DNA of 64,000 bases from Bacilli bacterium (GCA_017651565.1 JAGCCQ010000079.1:6447-70446); one strand, 5' to 3'. Shown: positions 55,821 to 64,000, numbered from the stretch's first letter. Notes: a model not told the origin generated them from the letters alone. Numbers and translations are program-made.

Positions 55821-57209
55821 CTAATCTTGGTCTAAAGCTTCCAAGCCTTTCTTAATTTTAACGTTTTTAGTTTTAACGTTATCAACGAATATGAATACAA
55901 CTAAAGCTAAAGCCATAACTATAGTTGAATATACGAATAAGATGTCCCATTTTTCTGCTTGATAAACTAATAAACCAGCTAAAATAGGAGTTAATGTTTG
56001 GGCTAACATACTAGCTGCGTAATATAAGCCTGTGTATTTTCCAACATTAGAACCACTAGCGAGTTCGACAAACATTGGGTATGAACAGCAGTTAATAAAT
56101 GCCCAACCGATACCACAAATACCAAAGAATAAATATAAAATTCCAGGTGTTTTGTGGTAAGTAATTACTTTTTCATCAACGATTTCTGTGAATTTACTTG
56201 GATCTTCTTTGACAAAACAAATAAGCATTAATCCAAGAATCATTAATCCTAAGCCAATAACAATAGTCCATTTTCTTCCAATTTTTTCGCTTACCATAGC
56301 AGCTGGAATAAAGGATGCTAAGGAAGCAATTGTTAAAACAATTGTGAAAATTGAGAAGTTTTTAATATGTAAGAAATTTGTTCCATATGATGACCAGAAA
56401 GTTTCAACAGCGTTAAATGATGCGAACCATAAGAAAACCGCAACAATCATGATAATTAAGCTAATCTTGTTTTTCTTGCTTAAAGGAGCACTCTCAACGA
56501 TTTTTTCTTGTAATTCACTTTCTTCTTCGCCGCGCTTCATTTCGTCGACCATTTCTTCGATAATCTTATTTTCTTTAACTTTTATAAATAATACTGCGAT
56601 AGTAACTAACATAGCTACACAGCAAACAAGGAATGGAATTAATAAACCGATTGTACTATCTTGATAACTCTTAAAAGGAATAATCAAAGCAACAGCACCA
56701 CCTAAAATAGCGCCAACATAACCAACAACGTTAATAATTGCGTTAGCTTTACTACGTAAAGGTTTTGGAGTAATATCAGGCATTAATGCAACTGCAGGGT
56801 TACGATACATCTGCATGAAGATTAATGTTAAACACATCATGATGATAACGCCTGCTAATGATTTAATTACATACATTACAACAATTAATGGGAAAACAAT
56901 CGCGGAAAGGATTGTGCCAATAACAATAAATGGCATTCTCTTACCGAATTTTGTGTTTGTTTTATCACTCCAAACACCAAATATAGGAAGCATAAATAAA
57001 GCGAATAAATTATCTAATGCCATCAATGTTCCTACTAACCATTGATAATCAGTGTCTTTACCACCATAGTTCTTTACAAGAATATCTGTAAGGAACAACG
57101 GACAGTAGGTGTTATAAACTTGCCATAACATAAGGATGCCAAAGAAGGCAAATCCAATAATAAATGTTCTTTTTACATTTAATTTAAGGGGTTTCTTTTC
57201 AGTTTCCAT
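55821..57209 (-). CDS. MFS/GPH-family (SLC45-like) secondary transporter
   Basis: 12 predicted TM segments. Loop 2-3 motif WSDKTNTKFGKRMPFIV resembles the GPH/sucrose-symporter D-x-x-x-x-G-R-R-x-P motif. RBS AGGAGAAG lies inside the upstream gene. Confidence 0.8.
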   Translation of the reverse strand: METEKKPLKLNVKRTFIIGFAFFGILMLWQVYNTYCPLFLTDILVKNYGGKDTDYQWLVGTLMALDNLFALFMLPIFGVWSDKTNTKFGKRMPFIVIGTILSAIVFPLIVVMYVIKSLAGVIIMMCLTLIFMQMYRNPAVALMPDITPKPLRSKANAIINVVGYVGAILGGAVALIIPFKSYQDSTIGLLIPFLVCCVAMLVTIAVLFIKVKENKIIEEMVDEMKRGEEESELQEKIVESAPLSKKNKISLIIMIVAVFLWFASFNAVETFWSSYGTNFLHIKNFSIFTIVLTIASLASFIPAAMVSEKIGRKWTIVIGLGLMILGLMLICFVKEDPSKFTEIVDEKVITYHKTPGILYLFFGICGIGWAFINCCSYPMFVELASGSNVGKYTGLYYAASMLAQTLTPILAGLLVYQAEKWDILFVYSTIVMALALVVFIFVDNVKTKNVKIKKGLEALDQD

Positions 57210-58119
57210 TTTCTTCTCCTATGGTTTTGAGGAATTCCTCAACTTTTTGCTTATATGATTCACGGTCAGATTCAATACTCTTTGAATGACCCGCATTTTC
57301 AAAATAGTATAATCTCTTAATTTCTGAGCTACTAGCATTGTACAAGATTTTTGAATTAATTGGAAAAACAGTTTTATCTTTTCTTCCATGGAAGAAGCAT
57401 ATAGGAAGTTTATTCTTCTTTATTGCTGCTTTTGCGTTTGAATCTTTAAAAGAAAATTTATATTTAATTTTGAACAATAAATTAGCAAATATTAATGTTG
57501 GGAAAAACGGAACAAAGTGAGTAAAAGCGATGTTATGACATTGCGCTCTTAAAGATGAATAAGCACAATCAATAATTAAAAACTTTACATCCGCTTGTAA
57601 GTATTGACTTGATAGACAAGTTGTTGCACCACCCATAGAATATCCAAATAGGCCAATTTCTATATCTTTTCCGTATCTTTTCTTAATAATTCGCACTATT
57701 TCTGCTAGATCTTTAGATTCTTTAAACCCCATTGTGCAAGGAACACGTTCATTATCTCCGTGTCCTCTTTCATCATACATAACTAATGAGTATCCTAAAT
57801 CATAAAAGATTTTTGTATATTTATAAGCACCTTCACGTGTAGAACCATGTCCATGTGCGAAGACAATAAACTTTTTAGGATTATTTAAAGAAATATCTCC
57901 ATGAATGATGTATCCATCTTCAAGTTCAAAAGTAGTTTCTTCTCTTTTGTAACACTCGGTTCCCTCAAGAAAACCGTGCTTTCTATTTCTTTCTTGGCGT
58001 TGCTCTCTAGTTGAATAATTTGGATGTGTAGTTTTTTCAACAATACAGTATGCACAAATAAAGGAAACTATTAAATATATAACTAATATTGAGCCAATAA
58101 TTATAAATAAGATTTTCAT
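57199..58119 (-). CDS. Membrane-anchored alpha/beta hydrolase (monoacylglycerol-lipase/S33-like)
   Basis: N-terminal TM, oxyanion HGHG, nucleophile elbow GYSMGG, and later GRKD and AGHS (Ser-Asp-His triad order). Confidence 0.82.
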   Translation of the reverse strand: MKILFIIIGSILVIYLIVSFICAYCIVEKTTHPNYSTREQRQERNRKHGFLEGTECYKREETTFELEDGYIIHGDISLNNPKKFIVFAHGHGSTREGAYKYTKIFYDLGYSLVMYDERGHGDNERVPCTMGFKESKDLAEIVRIIKKRYGKDIEIGLFGYSMGGATTCLSSQYLQADVKFLIIDCAYSSLRAQCHNIAFTHFVPFFPTLIFANLLFKIKYKFSFKDSNAKAAIKKNKLPICFFHGRKDKTVFPINSKILYNASSSEIKRLYYFENAGHSKSIESDRESYKQKVEEFLKTIGEENGN

Positions 58120-58127
58120 ATAATTTG

Positions 58128-58136
58128 ATTATATCA
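58128..58136 (-). promoter_or_regulatory. Extended -10 promoter TGaTATAAT, 8 nt before the hydrolase ATG (leaderless configuration)
   Basis: The minus strand reads TGATATAAT-CAAATTAT-ATG, with no SD. Confidence 0.5.
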
Positions 58137-58147
58137 AAAAAGAACAG

Positions 58148-58663
58148 TTATTCACTGTCCTTTTTGTCTTCTTCCTCTATTACTTGAGCTTCTTGTGTAT
58201 CGACAACTACATTATCATCTTTCTTTTCTTCTTCATCTTCGAACAAAATCTTTAATGGGAAGAACCAGTGATAAATACCTTGGAAGATATAAATCGCTGC
58301 GATATAGAAGATTAATGGAGTAATGAAATATTTTGGGTTTTGCCAGACAAATTCATTACTCGCGAATAATAAAATAGAAATTGTGATTGTGTAAGGTGGA
58401 ATAATTATCGTTGTAAATTTATCAACCAAACATGCTTTTTCTCTTTTTCTTTTATTAGTAAATGTAGTAATGATGTCGTATAAAAAATAACAACCACCAG
58501 CAATCGCAAGAAATTTAAAAATGTGTAAGAAGGTTTCTGAAACATTCATAACTCCAGTTGCTTGAAGAATACCTACCACTATTAAAATAAGTGCGATAAT
58601 GATTAGTTCACCGCTATAAATAAGCTTTGTTTTTGTATAATCGTCTAATTTTTTCTTTTCCAT
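58148..58663 (-). CDS. Hypothetical 4-TM membrane protein with acidic C-terminal tail
   Basis: 171-aa ORF with four hydrophobic segments and the tail EDEEEKKDDNVVVDTQEAQVIEEEDKKDSE. Confidence 0.65.
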   Translation of the reverse strand: MEKKKLDDYTKTKLIYSGELIIIALILIVVGILQATGVMNVSETFLHIFKFLAIAGGCYFLYDIITTFTNKRKREKACLVDKFTTIIIPPYTITISILLFASNEFVWQNPKYFITPLIFYIAAIYIFQGIYHWFFPLKILFEDEEEKKDDNVVVDTQEAQVIEEEDKKDSE

Positions 58664-58699
58664 AAGTCAGTCTTAATTATTATATAGGAAATAACTGAA

Positions 58700-58730
58700 A
58701 ATAAAAATAAAAGCTGCCATTCGGCAGCTT
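58700..58730 (-). terminator. Rho-independent terminator after the lipoprotein gene
   Basis: Stem AAGCTGCC-gaat-GGCAGCTT followed by TTATTTTTATTTT on the minus strand. Confidence 0.78.
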
Positions 58731-58749
58731 AAATTCAATTTTTAATTGA

Positions 58750-59799
58750 TTAGAGTAATTCAGCTGGAAGTTCTGCGTAATCAGTGAAGCTTGGCATCTT
58801 AACGACGTTAGCGCCATATTTGAAATTAGCACCAAAGTCTAATTTAGTTAATTTACCAACAGAATCTTTTGGACTGTCGAGTTCAGTTACTACATCAGCA
58901 TTTCCTTGGAAACCGAATCTTGAGAAAAGACCTTCTTTATCAAAGACTAATGTTGCTTTCATATCGCCAGTAACAGCAGTTTCTTCGACTTCAACTGGAT
59001 CACTTGATAATGCTAATGAAATAGCTGCACCATTAGAATTCTTGTCTTCAGCAAGTGTTAAGATATCTTTTGTTTCTTTATCGCCTAAGATAGCTTCTAA
59101 TACGCTACCGACAACAGTTTTAATTTTTGTTTTTTCAGATGTAGTTAATGAAGATGGGATACTATCAGCGATATCTTCAACGTCGTCGTTATCTTTAATG
59201 TAGTATTTGCCAAGATATTTTTCTACGTCCTTTTTAGCGTCAGCAATGTCATTAGCATCTTTTGTTTCCATGAGAGAAGCTGCAAAATCAACTGCATCAT
59301 TAGCAAAGTTTTTGACGTCTTTGTCTGATGCATCATAGTAAACAGTGTTATCAACAAAGTATGCAGCAGCGTCAATATCAGAAGCATTTAATGTATATTC
59401 TTTACCTTTTTTCTTATATTCTAATTTGAAGCCTAAGTTTTCGATTTTGATCATTGCTTTTGCTTTTGATGTACCTTTGTCTAAACCAACTAAGCCAAAT
59501 GAGTAATTAGCTTTAAAATCAGCAATCTTGAACGAATTAACAGTTTTATCAGTTTTTGTTTGTGTGAAGGAAAGTTCTTTAAATGAGAATGAACCTTCAG
59601 CTAAGAAGCCTTCAACACCTTTAGCATATGTTAATGCAATATCTTCACCAACTTTGTTAAAGAATGCTTGGCGAGCTGCTGCGTCAGTTTTATCAATTGG
59701 AGTATAACCTCTTGGAATTGATGTGTTAGCACTAGCACCACAACCAGTTAAGAGCATTAATGATGCTGGTAATAATAAGAGTTTGGATTTATTTTTCAT
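58750..59799 (-). CDS. Lipoprotein (function unknown)
   Basis: Signal peptide with lipobox MKNKSKLLLLPASLMLLTG-C. RBS AAGGAGA. The mature part is hydrophilic and Lys/Asp-rich. Confidence 0.85.
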   Translation of the reverse strand: MKNKSKLLLLPASLMLLTGCGASANTSIPRGYTPIDKTDAAARQAFFNKVGEDIALTYAKGVEGFLAEGSFSFKELSFTQTKTDKTVNSFKIADFKANYSFGLVGLDKGTSKAKAMIKIENLGFKLEYKKKGKEYTLNASDIDAAAYFVDNTVYYDASDKDVKNFANDAVDFAASLMETKDANDIADAKKDVEKYLGKYYIKDNDDVEDIADSIPSSLTTSEKTKIKTVVGSVLEAILGDKETKDILTLAEDKNSNGAAISLALSSDPVEVEETAVTGDMKATLVFDKEGLFSRFGFQGNADVVTELDSPKDSVGKLTKLDFGANFKYGANVVKMPSFTDYAELPAELL

Positions 59800-59836
59800 A
59801 TTTTAAATCTCCTTTTCTTTTATAAATTAAAAATAT

Positions 59837-59851
59837 CACATTATTAATGTG
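59837..59851. promoter_or_regulatory. Palindrome CACATT-att-AATGTG in the lipoprotein gene promoter region (possible operator)
   Basis: Perfect 6-bp arms with a 3-nt spacer, about 40 nt upstream of the lipoprotein ATG. Confidence 0.3.
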
Positions 59852-59873
59852 TTGTTAATAGATTTAAAAAAAC

Positions 59874-60611
59874 TCATTCCTCGGTTTTTTCTTTTCTGAA
59901 TATCAAAAAATAGATAACAAATAAGTAAATACCAATAACTAAGCCAATAAGACCATTTACCAAGTAATACATAAAGTTTCTTGGACCTATCATAAATTTC
60001 TCTACAAGATTTCCATTAATTACGTTAAAAGCAAAATGGAATAAAACGCAGTACCATAGACACTGTCCGTAAACATACATAAGACCTAATACAATTCCGA
60101 GCCCAAATGTATATACTACGTGAAGCAAATCAACAGGATTAAATGAACTGATGAAATATGTGATGTGGCTTATACCAAAAATAGATGCAGAAATAATAAT
60201 TTTAACAATTGGCTTTTCAGATGCTTCGATATTATCGATAATTACACTTCTAAATAAATATTCTTCGTTAAATGCAACGCAGAAGCTTAAAAGAATTGCT
60301 AAAAGTAAATCAATCGAGAATGAAAACTCTAAATGATAATCAGGAGAAAATAAATTAAAGTAATTTGAAAAACATAAGATAAAAACCGGTATGAATAAAA
60401 TCATATAGAATCGGTTATACGTTCTTTCTTTAAACTTTAACGGACTCTTTTTTAAGACAAGTCTAAATAAGAAGAAAATAACTAATTGGCAAAGAATTTG
60501 GAAAATTAATTCTAATGTTCCCTTGATTCCAAATAAAGAAAAAGGAAAGCATGAAATGCCTATATATAGAAGAATCAAAATTAATGTGTCTAATAATTTA
60601 CTCTTTGTCAT
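59874..60611 (-). CDS. CPBP-family intramembrane metalloprotease-like protein (CAAX protease/bacteriocin-processing family)
   Basis: Motif 1 EEYLFRS, motif 2 FGISH, motif 3 HFAFN. Multi-TM. The start lies 14 nt inside the 3' end of lgt. Confidence 0.85.
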   Translation of the reverse strand: MTKSKLLDTLILILLYIGISCFPFSLFGIKGTLELIFQILCQLVIFFLFRLVLKKSPLKFKERTYNRFYMILFIPVFILCFSNYFNLFSPDYHLEFSFSIDLLLAILLSFCVAFNEEYLFRSVIIDNIEASEKPIVKIIISASIFGISHITYFISSFNPVDLLHVVYTFGLGIVLGLMYVYGQCLWYCVLFHFAFNVINGNLVEKFMIGPRNFMYYLVNGLIGLVIGIYLFVIYFLIFRKEKTEE

Positions 60612-61362
60612 TTTTTACCGGTTCATCAAAGAATTTTTTCTTTATTAGTATCAATGTTGGAACAAATATAATCCAAATGAATATGCAAACTAATTGGCTA
60701 GGATACAATCCTAATAATGTAGCACCACGAGCTTCATCTCCTCTGAAGAATTCGAGAATAAATCTAAAAATAGAATAACTTGCTAAATAAACATGCATTG
60801 TGTATTTAAACTTAACTACAAAAATTAAGAAATACAAAACCACTGTTAAAAGGAATAAAAATAAAGATTCAAATAGCTGTGTTGGAATTCTTTTTCCGAT
60901 ATTAGGGAAATCAACTCCGATGCAAGAATCAGTAACTTGTCCATAGCAACATCCTGCTAAAAAGCATCCAATTCTTCCAAATGCATGAGCACATGCAATA
61001 CAAATTGGTGCAACTATCAAAATTTCTCTCAATGAAATATCGTTATTCTTTTTAACGAATAAGAAGAAAATCACAATAAATGCTATGGTTCCAAAAATAA
61101 GTCCGCCATAGAAAGTCATAGTAAAAGAGAACTTATAGTTAGCTGGATCTTTAATTAAGTCGTAGACATTCTGGAATAACATAGCACCAACAATACCAAT
61201 AGCTACTGTAAATAATGTACATGCTATAACATCAATGATTGTATTTTTAGAATATCCTCTATGTTTTAAATAAAACACTAACCAAAAAATAGCGGTTGCT
61301 ACACCGATAACAATCATCAAAATATATGAGAAATTATCAATACCGAATAAATCTGGATACAT
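60598..61362 (-). CDS. lgt: Prolipoprotein diacylglyceryl transferase
   Basis: 254 aa, about 7 TM. Lgt-type central motif HAFGRIGCFLAGCCYG and an N-terminal MYPDLFGI.. start. Confidence 0.82.
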   Translation of the reverse strand: MYPDLFGIDNFSYILMIVIGVATAIFWLVFYLKHRGYSKNTIIDVIACTLFTVAIGIVGAMLFQNVYDLIKDPANYKFSFTMTFYGGLIFGTIAFIVIFFLFVKKNNDISLREILIVAPICIACAHAFGRIGCFLAGCCYGQVTDSCIGVDFPNIGKRIPTQLFESLFLFLLTVVLYFLIFVVKFKYTMHVYLASYSIFRFILEFFRGDEARGATLLGLYPSQLVCIFIWIIFVPTLILIKKKFFDEPVKNDKE

Positions 61363-61832
61363 TATTGAACCTCAGGCTTTCTTGCGTAACAGGAGAAAAA
61401 TAATGAAACAACTGCTATTAGTAATCCGCAATTAAGTAATGCAAATCTTAATCCTAATGAAAAGAATGATAATACTTCAATTGGAAATAAAGTGATTAGG
61501 AAAAATATTGCAATGTCGCAGGAAATAATAAAAGTAATTAATGCGTTACGTTTACTTTTACGATTAACTATATCGTCTTTCACATACATAACAGGTCTAA
61601 TAAGCGATGAGCCTTTAACCATTGCTCTAAAAGCATAATAGAAAGCAACTGCTTCCATAACTAATTGGAACACTAAATAAACAATAGACATTATGTGCGA
61701 AGTTTTCTGAACTTCTTCAACACCACCAGTTTTAATAACGCAGAAAATAACTGAAAATACAGTTAAAGTGAATAAACCAGCGATACTAAAAAGCATTGTT
61801 TTAAAGTACTTCTTGTCAGTCATATTAAACAT
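61362..61832 (-). CDS. Hypothetical 4-TM membrane protein, first gene of the lgt operon
   Basis: Its stop overlaps the lgt ATG (TAATG). The start is either 61832 or the ATG at 61823; the latter sits 7 nt downstream of a TATAAT (61836-61831), a leaderless configuration. Confidence 0.65.
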   Translation of the reverse strand: MFNMTDKKYFKTMLFSIAGLFTLTVFSVIFCVIKTGGVEEVQKTSHIMSIVYLVFQLVMEAVAFYYAFRAMVKGSSLIRPVMYVKDDIVNRKSKRNALITFIISCDIAIFFLITLFPIEVLSFFSLGLRFALLNCGLLIAVVSLFFSCYARKPEVQ

Positions 61833-61911
61833 TATAAGTTTTTTACTTATACTTTAATACAAAAATCGCATTTTTATTATTTCACTAAATGAGCGTTTAG
61901 CGAATATACAA

Positions 61912-61942
61912 TATAAAAAGAAAACGACATAATAGTCGTTCT
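61912..61942 (-). terminator. Rho-independent terminator
   Basis: Stem AACGAC-tattat-GTCGTT followed by TTCTTTTTAT on the minus strand. Confidence 0.6.
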
Positions 61943-61950
61943 CAATTTAA

Positions 61951-62484
61951 TTAGTCTTCATCTTCTTCGTCGTCTTTGCGATTTTTGCCTTTGACGATTT
62001 TTTCAGCTTCTGCTTTATGATCATCTGTTTTGAATTTTCTAACAGCGATCATCTTTGGATGTTCAATATCTCTTTCATCCATTAAGACATAGCCGACTTC
62101 GTTAGGAACTTTGTAAGTACCATTTCTAGCAATAACATTAGTTCCTGCTTTTAAAGTTGTTAATTTGCTTTCTTCGATTGGATAGTAAACTCTTTTGCCA
62201 TCTCTTTCGACTTTTTCAACGCATTCACCATTAACTTGGTAAACATCTTTATAGAAACCATCTCTAATAACTTTAACTAATTTATCTTCGTTTAATGTTG
62301 CAATTAATGCATCATCAAGTGCGTGATATCTGTCACTACCATCTTTGTTTTTCATGACATTACCATCTTTGTCTCTAGATAATTCGATGAATACTTCATA
62401 AACGCTACGTGAAGTATCAACTTCGTAGTTGCCACCAGTAACTTTGTAATAAGTTTCGTAGTTTGCAAGTCTGTTCTTGTACAT
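61951..62484 (-). CDS. Hypothetical soluble protein with acidic C-terminus
   Basis: Start preferred at MYKNRL (62484) because AGAGGG lies 8 nt upstream; the track start at 62523 has no RBS. Beta-rich, Lys/Asp/Glu-rich, tail KDDEEDED. I recognise no family. Confidence 0.65.
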   Translation of the reverse strand: MYKNRLANYETYYKVTGGNYEVDTSRSVYEVFIELSRDKDGNVMKNKDGSDRYHALDDALIATLNEDKLVKVIRDGFYKDVYQVNGECVEKVERDGKRVYYPIEESKLTTLKAGTNVIARNGTYKVPNEVGYVLMDERDIEHPKMIAVRKFKTDDHKAEAEKIVKGKNRKDDEEDED

Positions 62485-62646
62485 AATTAAACCCTCTTTG
62501 CCTCTTTTATTTAATTTATTCATGACACAACAATAAAAGAGTTAGTTATTTCTTTTAGAATTGGCAAATAAATATTTTAAATAAAAACATTGTCTTTAAG
62601 ATAACACCCAATCGCGTATCTTTCAATATAATAGTATAAAAATATA

Positions 62647-63378
62647 CTATTTTTCGTTAACTAAACTTTCTAATGCGTAAAACATGGTTTTGTTTTCGCT
62701 ATATTTAATTACGTTAAATACGTTTTTTGATGCTAAAGGTTGATATTTAACACATGAACAATATGTTTCATCATTGTCTTTAAATGTTAAAGATAAAGCA
62801 AAAATAGATTTAGCTTCGTAAGTTTTATAAACATGTGCTTTATCTAATTGAAAATCAGGGAATTGAGAAGCAACTTTATTAATACTATTGGTTTTTGCTT
62901 CTTCGCTAGTTTCTTCTTTGAACATTTCTGAAGAAATATTAAAACGATCCTTTCTCATATAATTATCTTTGATAGTTGAAATACAGTTATCTAAAGAGCC
63001 AAATCTATCAGCGATGTTAACGACTATTAAAGAACTTTCTAAACCATGTTTTTGTGCGTTTGCGCAGTAAAGTAAACCATTTTCGCTATATTCAATAGCA
63101 GAAATGCTAAGAACATAGTTGCTTACTGTAGAAACACCGATTTTATCTTGGTATTGTTTATTTCCTAAATATGTTAATGCTTCGATAAAATCTTCTGCGT
63201 CTTGTTTATAAGAAAAATCTGAATCAGCTTTAGCTTTTTTATTATCTTCCATGTAACTTGCACCAATAGTAATAAAAGTAAAAGCAGTCAAAATAGATAA
63301 AGCAAAACCACCAGCCGAAAGGCTAGATCTTAACATATTTTTATTGTTTTGTTTTCTTTCTTCATCGTTAATAATCAT
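62647..63378 (-). CDS. Hypothetical signal-anchored extracytoplasmic protein
   Basis: 243 aa with one N-terminal TM (GGFALSILTAFTFITIGA) followed by a soluble domain containing 5 Cys. I recognise no family. Confidence 0.65.
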   Translation of the reverse strand: MIINDEERKQNNKNMLRSSLSAGGFALSILTAFTFITIGASYMEDNKKAKADSDFSYKQDAEDFIEALTYLGNKQYQDKIGVSTVSNYVLSISAIEYSENGLLYCANAQKHGLESSLIVVNIADRFGSLDNCISTIKDNYMRKDRFNISSEMFKEETSEEAKTNSINKVASQFPDFQLDKAHVYKTYEAKSIFALSLTFKDNDETYCSCVKYQPLASKNVFNVIKYSENKTMFYALESLVNEK

Positions 63379-63398
63379 ATTTTTACCTAGTAAACCAA

Positions 63399-64000
63399 CT
63401 ATTGAAGATTATCCTCATTATTTGGTTCTTCTACACTATTTTCATCTACTTTTTCTTCGATAGGTTCTTCCATTTCTTCTACTTCAACTGGTTGTTGTTC
63501 GTTATTAATTTCAGCGGCTTCTTTTGCAGCTTGTTCCGCTTTTTCTGCTTCTAAGGCTAGTTCTGCTTCGCGTTTTTCTGCTTCTGCAATAGCTCGCTTA
63601 TTTCTTCTAGTACCAGCAACCATGATAATGCCGATTAAAGTGCAAATAAATTCTCTAAAACGATAAACAAGGAACGTTGGGGTAGCAATTTGTTTCTTAA
63701 CTGCTTCATTAAATAAGAATGCTAAAACGAGTTGCATACCACCTTCTCTTGATCCTGCTTGCATTGGAATTAAGAATAAGAGGTTGCCAATTAATGAGCA
63801 AGTAGACATAACCATTAATCCTTGGAAGTAATTAAATGGTTTACCATCCATTGGTGTATATCCATTTAAGAAGAATCTAATGATTAAGAAATACTCTAAA
63901 GCTTCTAATAATCTACTTACGAATTGAATTAATAAAACAATGCCAAATCTAAACCAGTCTTTACGGAAAACGTTAATTCTTCTATCGATTTCCATATATT
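63399..64000 (-). CDS. C-terminal part of a flippase-like / lysylphosphatidylglycerol-synthase-TM-region (UPF0104-like) membrane protein; 5' end outside the window
   Basis: Multi-TM segment (FGIVLLIQFVSRLLEALEYFLIIRFF...GSREGG) followed by an Ala/Glu-rich coiled and acidic tail. The frame is probably open past base 64000. Family assignment is tentative. Confidence 0.55.
   Translation of the reverse strand, partial: YMEIDRRINVFRKDWFRFGIVLLIQFVSRLLEALEYFLIIRFFLNGYTPMDGKPFNYFQGLMVMSTCSLIGNLLFLIPMQAGSREGGMQLVLAFLFNEAVKKQIATPTFLVYRFREFICTLIGIIMVAGTRRNKRAIAEAEKREAELALEAEKAEQAAKEAAEINNEQQPVEVEEMEEPIEEKVDENSVEEPNNEDNLQ

Noticed and set aside
342-60778. Many 60-160-aa track ORFs antisense to, or out of frame within, large conserved genes. 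Examples are 30419-30838 in relA, 56188-56664 in the MFS gene, 58784-59203 in the lipoprotein gene, 12307-12651 in parC, 10295-10603 across parE/parC, 33944-35287 in the ABC genes and 17224-17442.
   Set aside because: Each lies completely inside a strongly supported CDS on the other strand or frame. They have low-complexity, Ser/Leu/Ile-rich translations, no RBS and no recognisable motif. This is typical shadow-ORF behaviour.
1-64000. Scan for CRISPR arrays, tandem repeats, rRNA/tRNA genes, IS elements, toxin-antitoxin pairs and known defence-system genes.
   Set aside because: No direct-repeat/spacer periodicity, no cloverleaf-capable GC-rich intergenic segments, no transposase-like ORFs and no nuclease/helicase/methylase combinations were seen. 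Apart from the spacer before parE, all intergenic gaps over 100 bp are explained by the T-box, the L21 leader, promoters/terminators or, tentatively, the micropeptide ORF in the nadE-ruvA gap.

Overview
AT-rich (about 30% GC by eye), densely packed core chromosome from a low-GC Bacillota/Mycoplasmatota-type organism. It looks Acholeplasma- or Erysipelotrichia-like, but the organism cannot be identified without a database search. TGA works as a stop codon (trmK ends in TGA) and Trp is TGG, so the code is 11, not the Mycoplasma code 4. I support about 59 protein genes, nearly all housekeeping, and the order is strikingly collinear with Bacillus subtilis blocks: dnaG-sigA-trmK-nif3-ispH-nfo-ispG-rpmG-efp; parE-parC; yqeG-yqeH-yhbY-nadD/yqeK; deoB-xerD; nusB-xseA-xseB-dxs; relA-hisS-aspS; ruvAB-secDF-recJ; valS-radC-rplU-prp-rpmA-obg; tig-lon-engB. 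Several Bacillus genes are missing from these blocks (mreBCD/minCD, clpX, queA/tgt, ispA). RNA and regulatory elements are a valine T-box leader before valS, a probable L21 leader before rplU, several rho-independent terminators, and several extended -10 promoters placed so close to the ATG that the mRNAs look leaderless. I saw no rRNA, tRNA, CRISPR array, transposase, prophage or recognisable defence system. The strongest structural finding is a canonical 28-bp XerC/D dif site at 16308-16335, in the only convergent gap. To its left 15 of 17 genes are on +, and to its right all 42 are on -, so the window appears to span the replication terminus, with topo IV (parEC) and xerD within a few kb. 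The most interesting functional candidates are (i) a translationally coupled 4TM-protein/lgt/CPBP-protease operon next to a lipoprotein gene, a possible LnsB-like lipoprotein N-acylation module; (ii) a 60-aa membrane peptide with a double-glycine-like leader, coupled to radC; (iii) a Cys/His-rich metal-binding tail on HisRS; (iv) a YqeH paralogue with non-canonical G4/G3 motifs; (v) an orphan Gly/Tyr/His-rich membrane protein beside dif. Most of the window is ordinary core genome, and the novelty claims are hypotheses.
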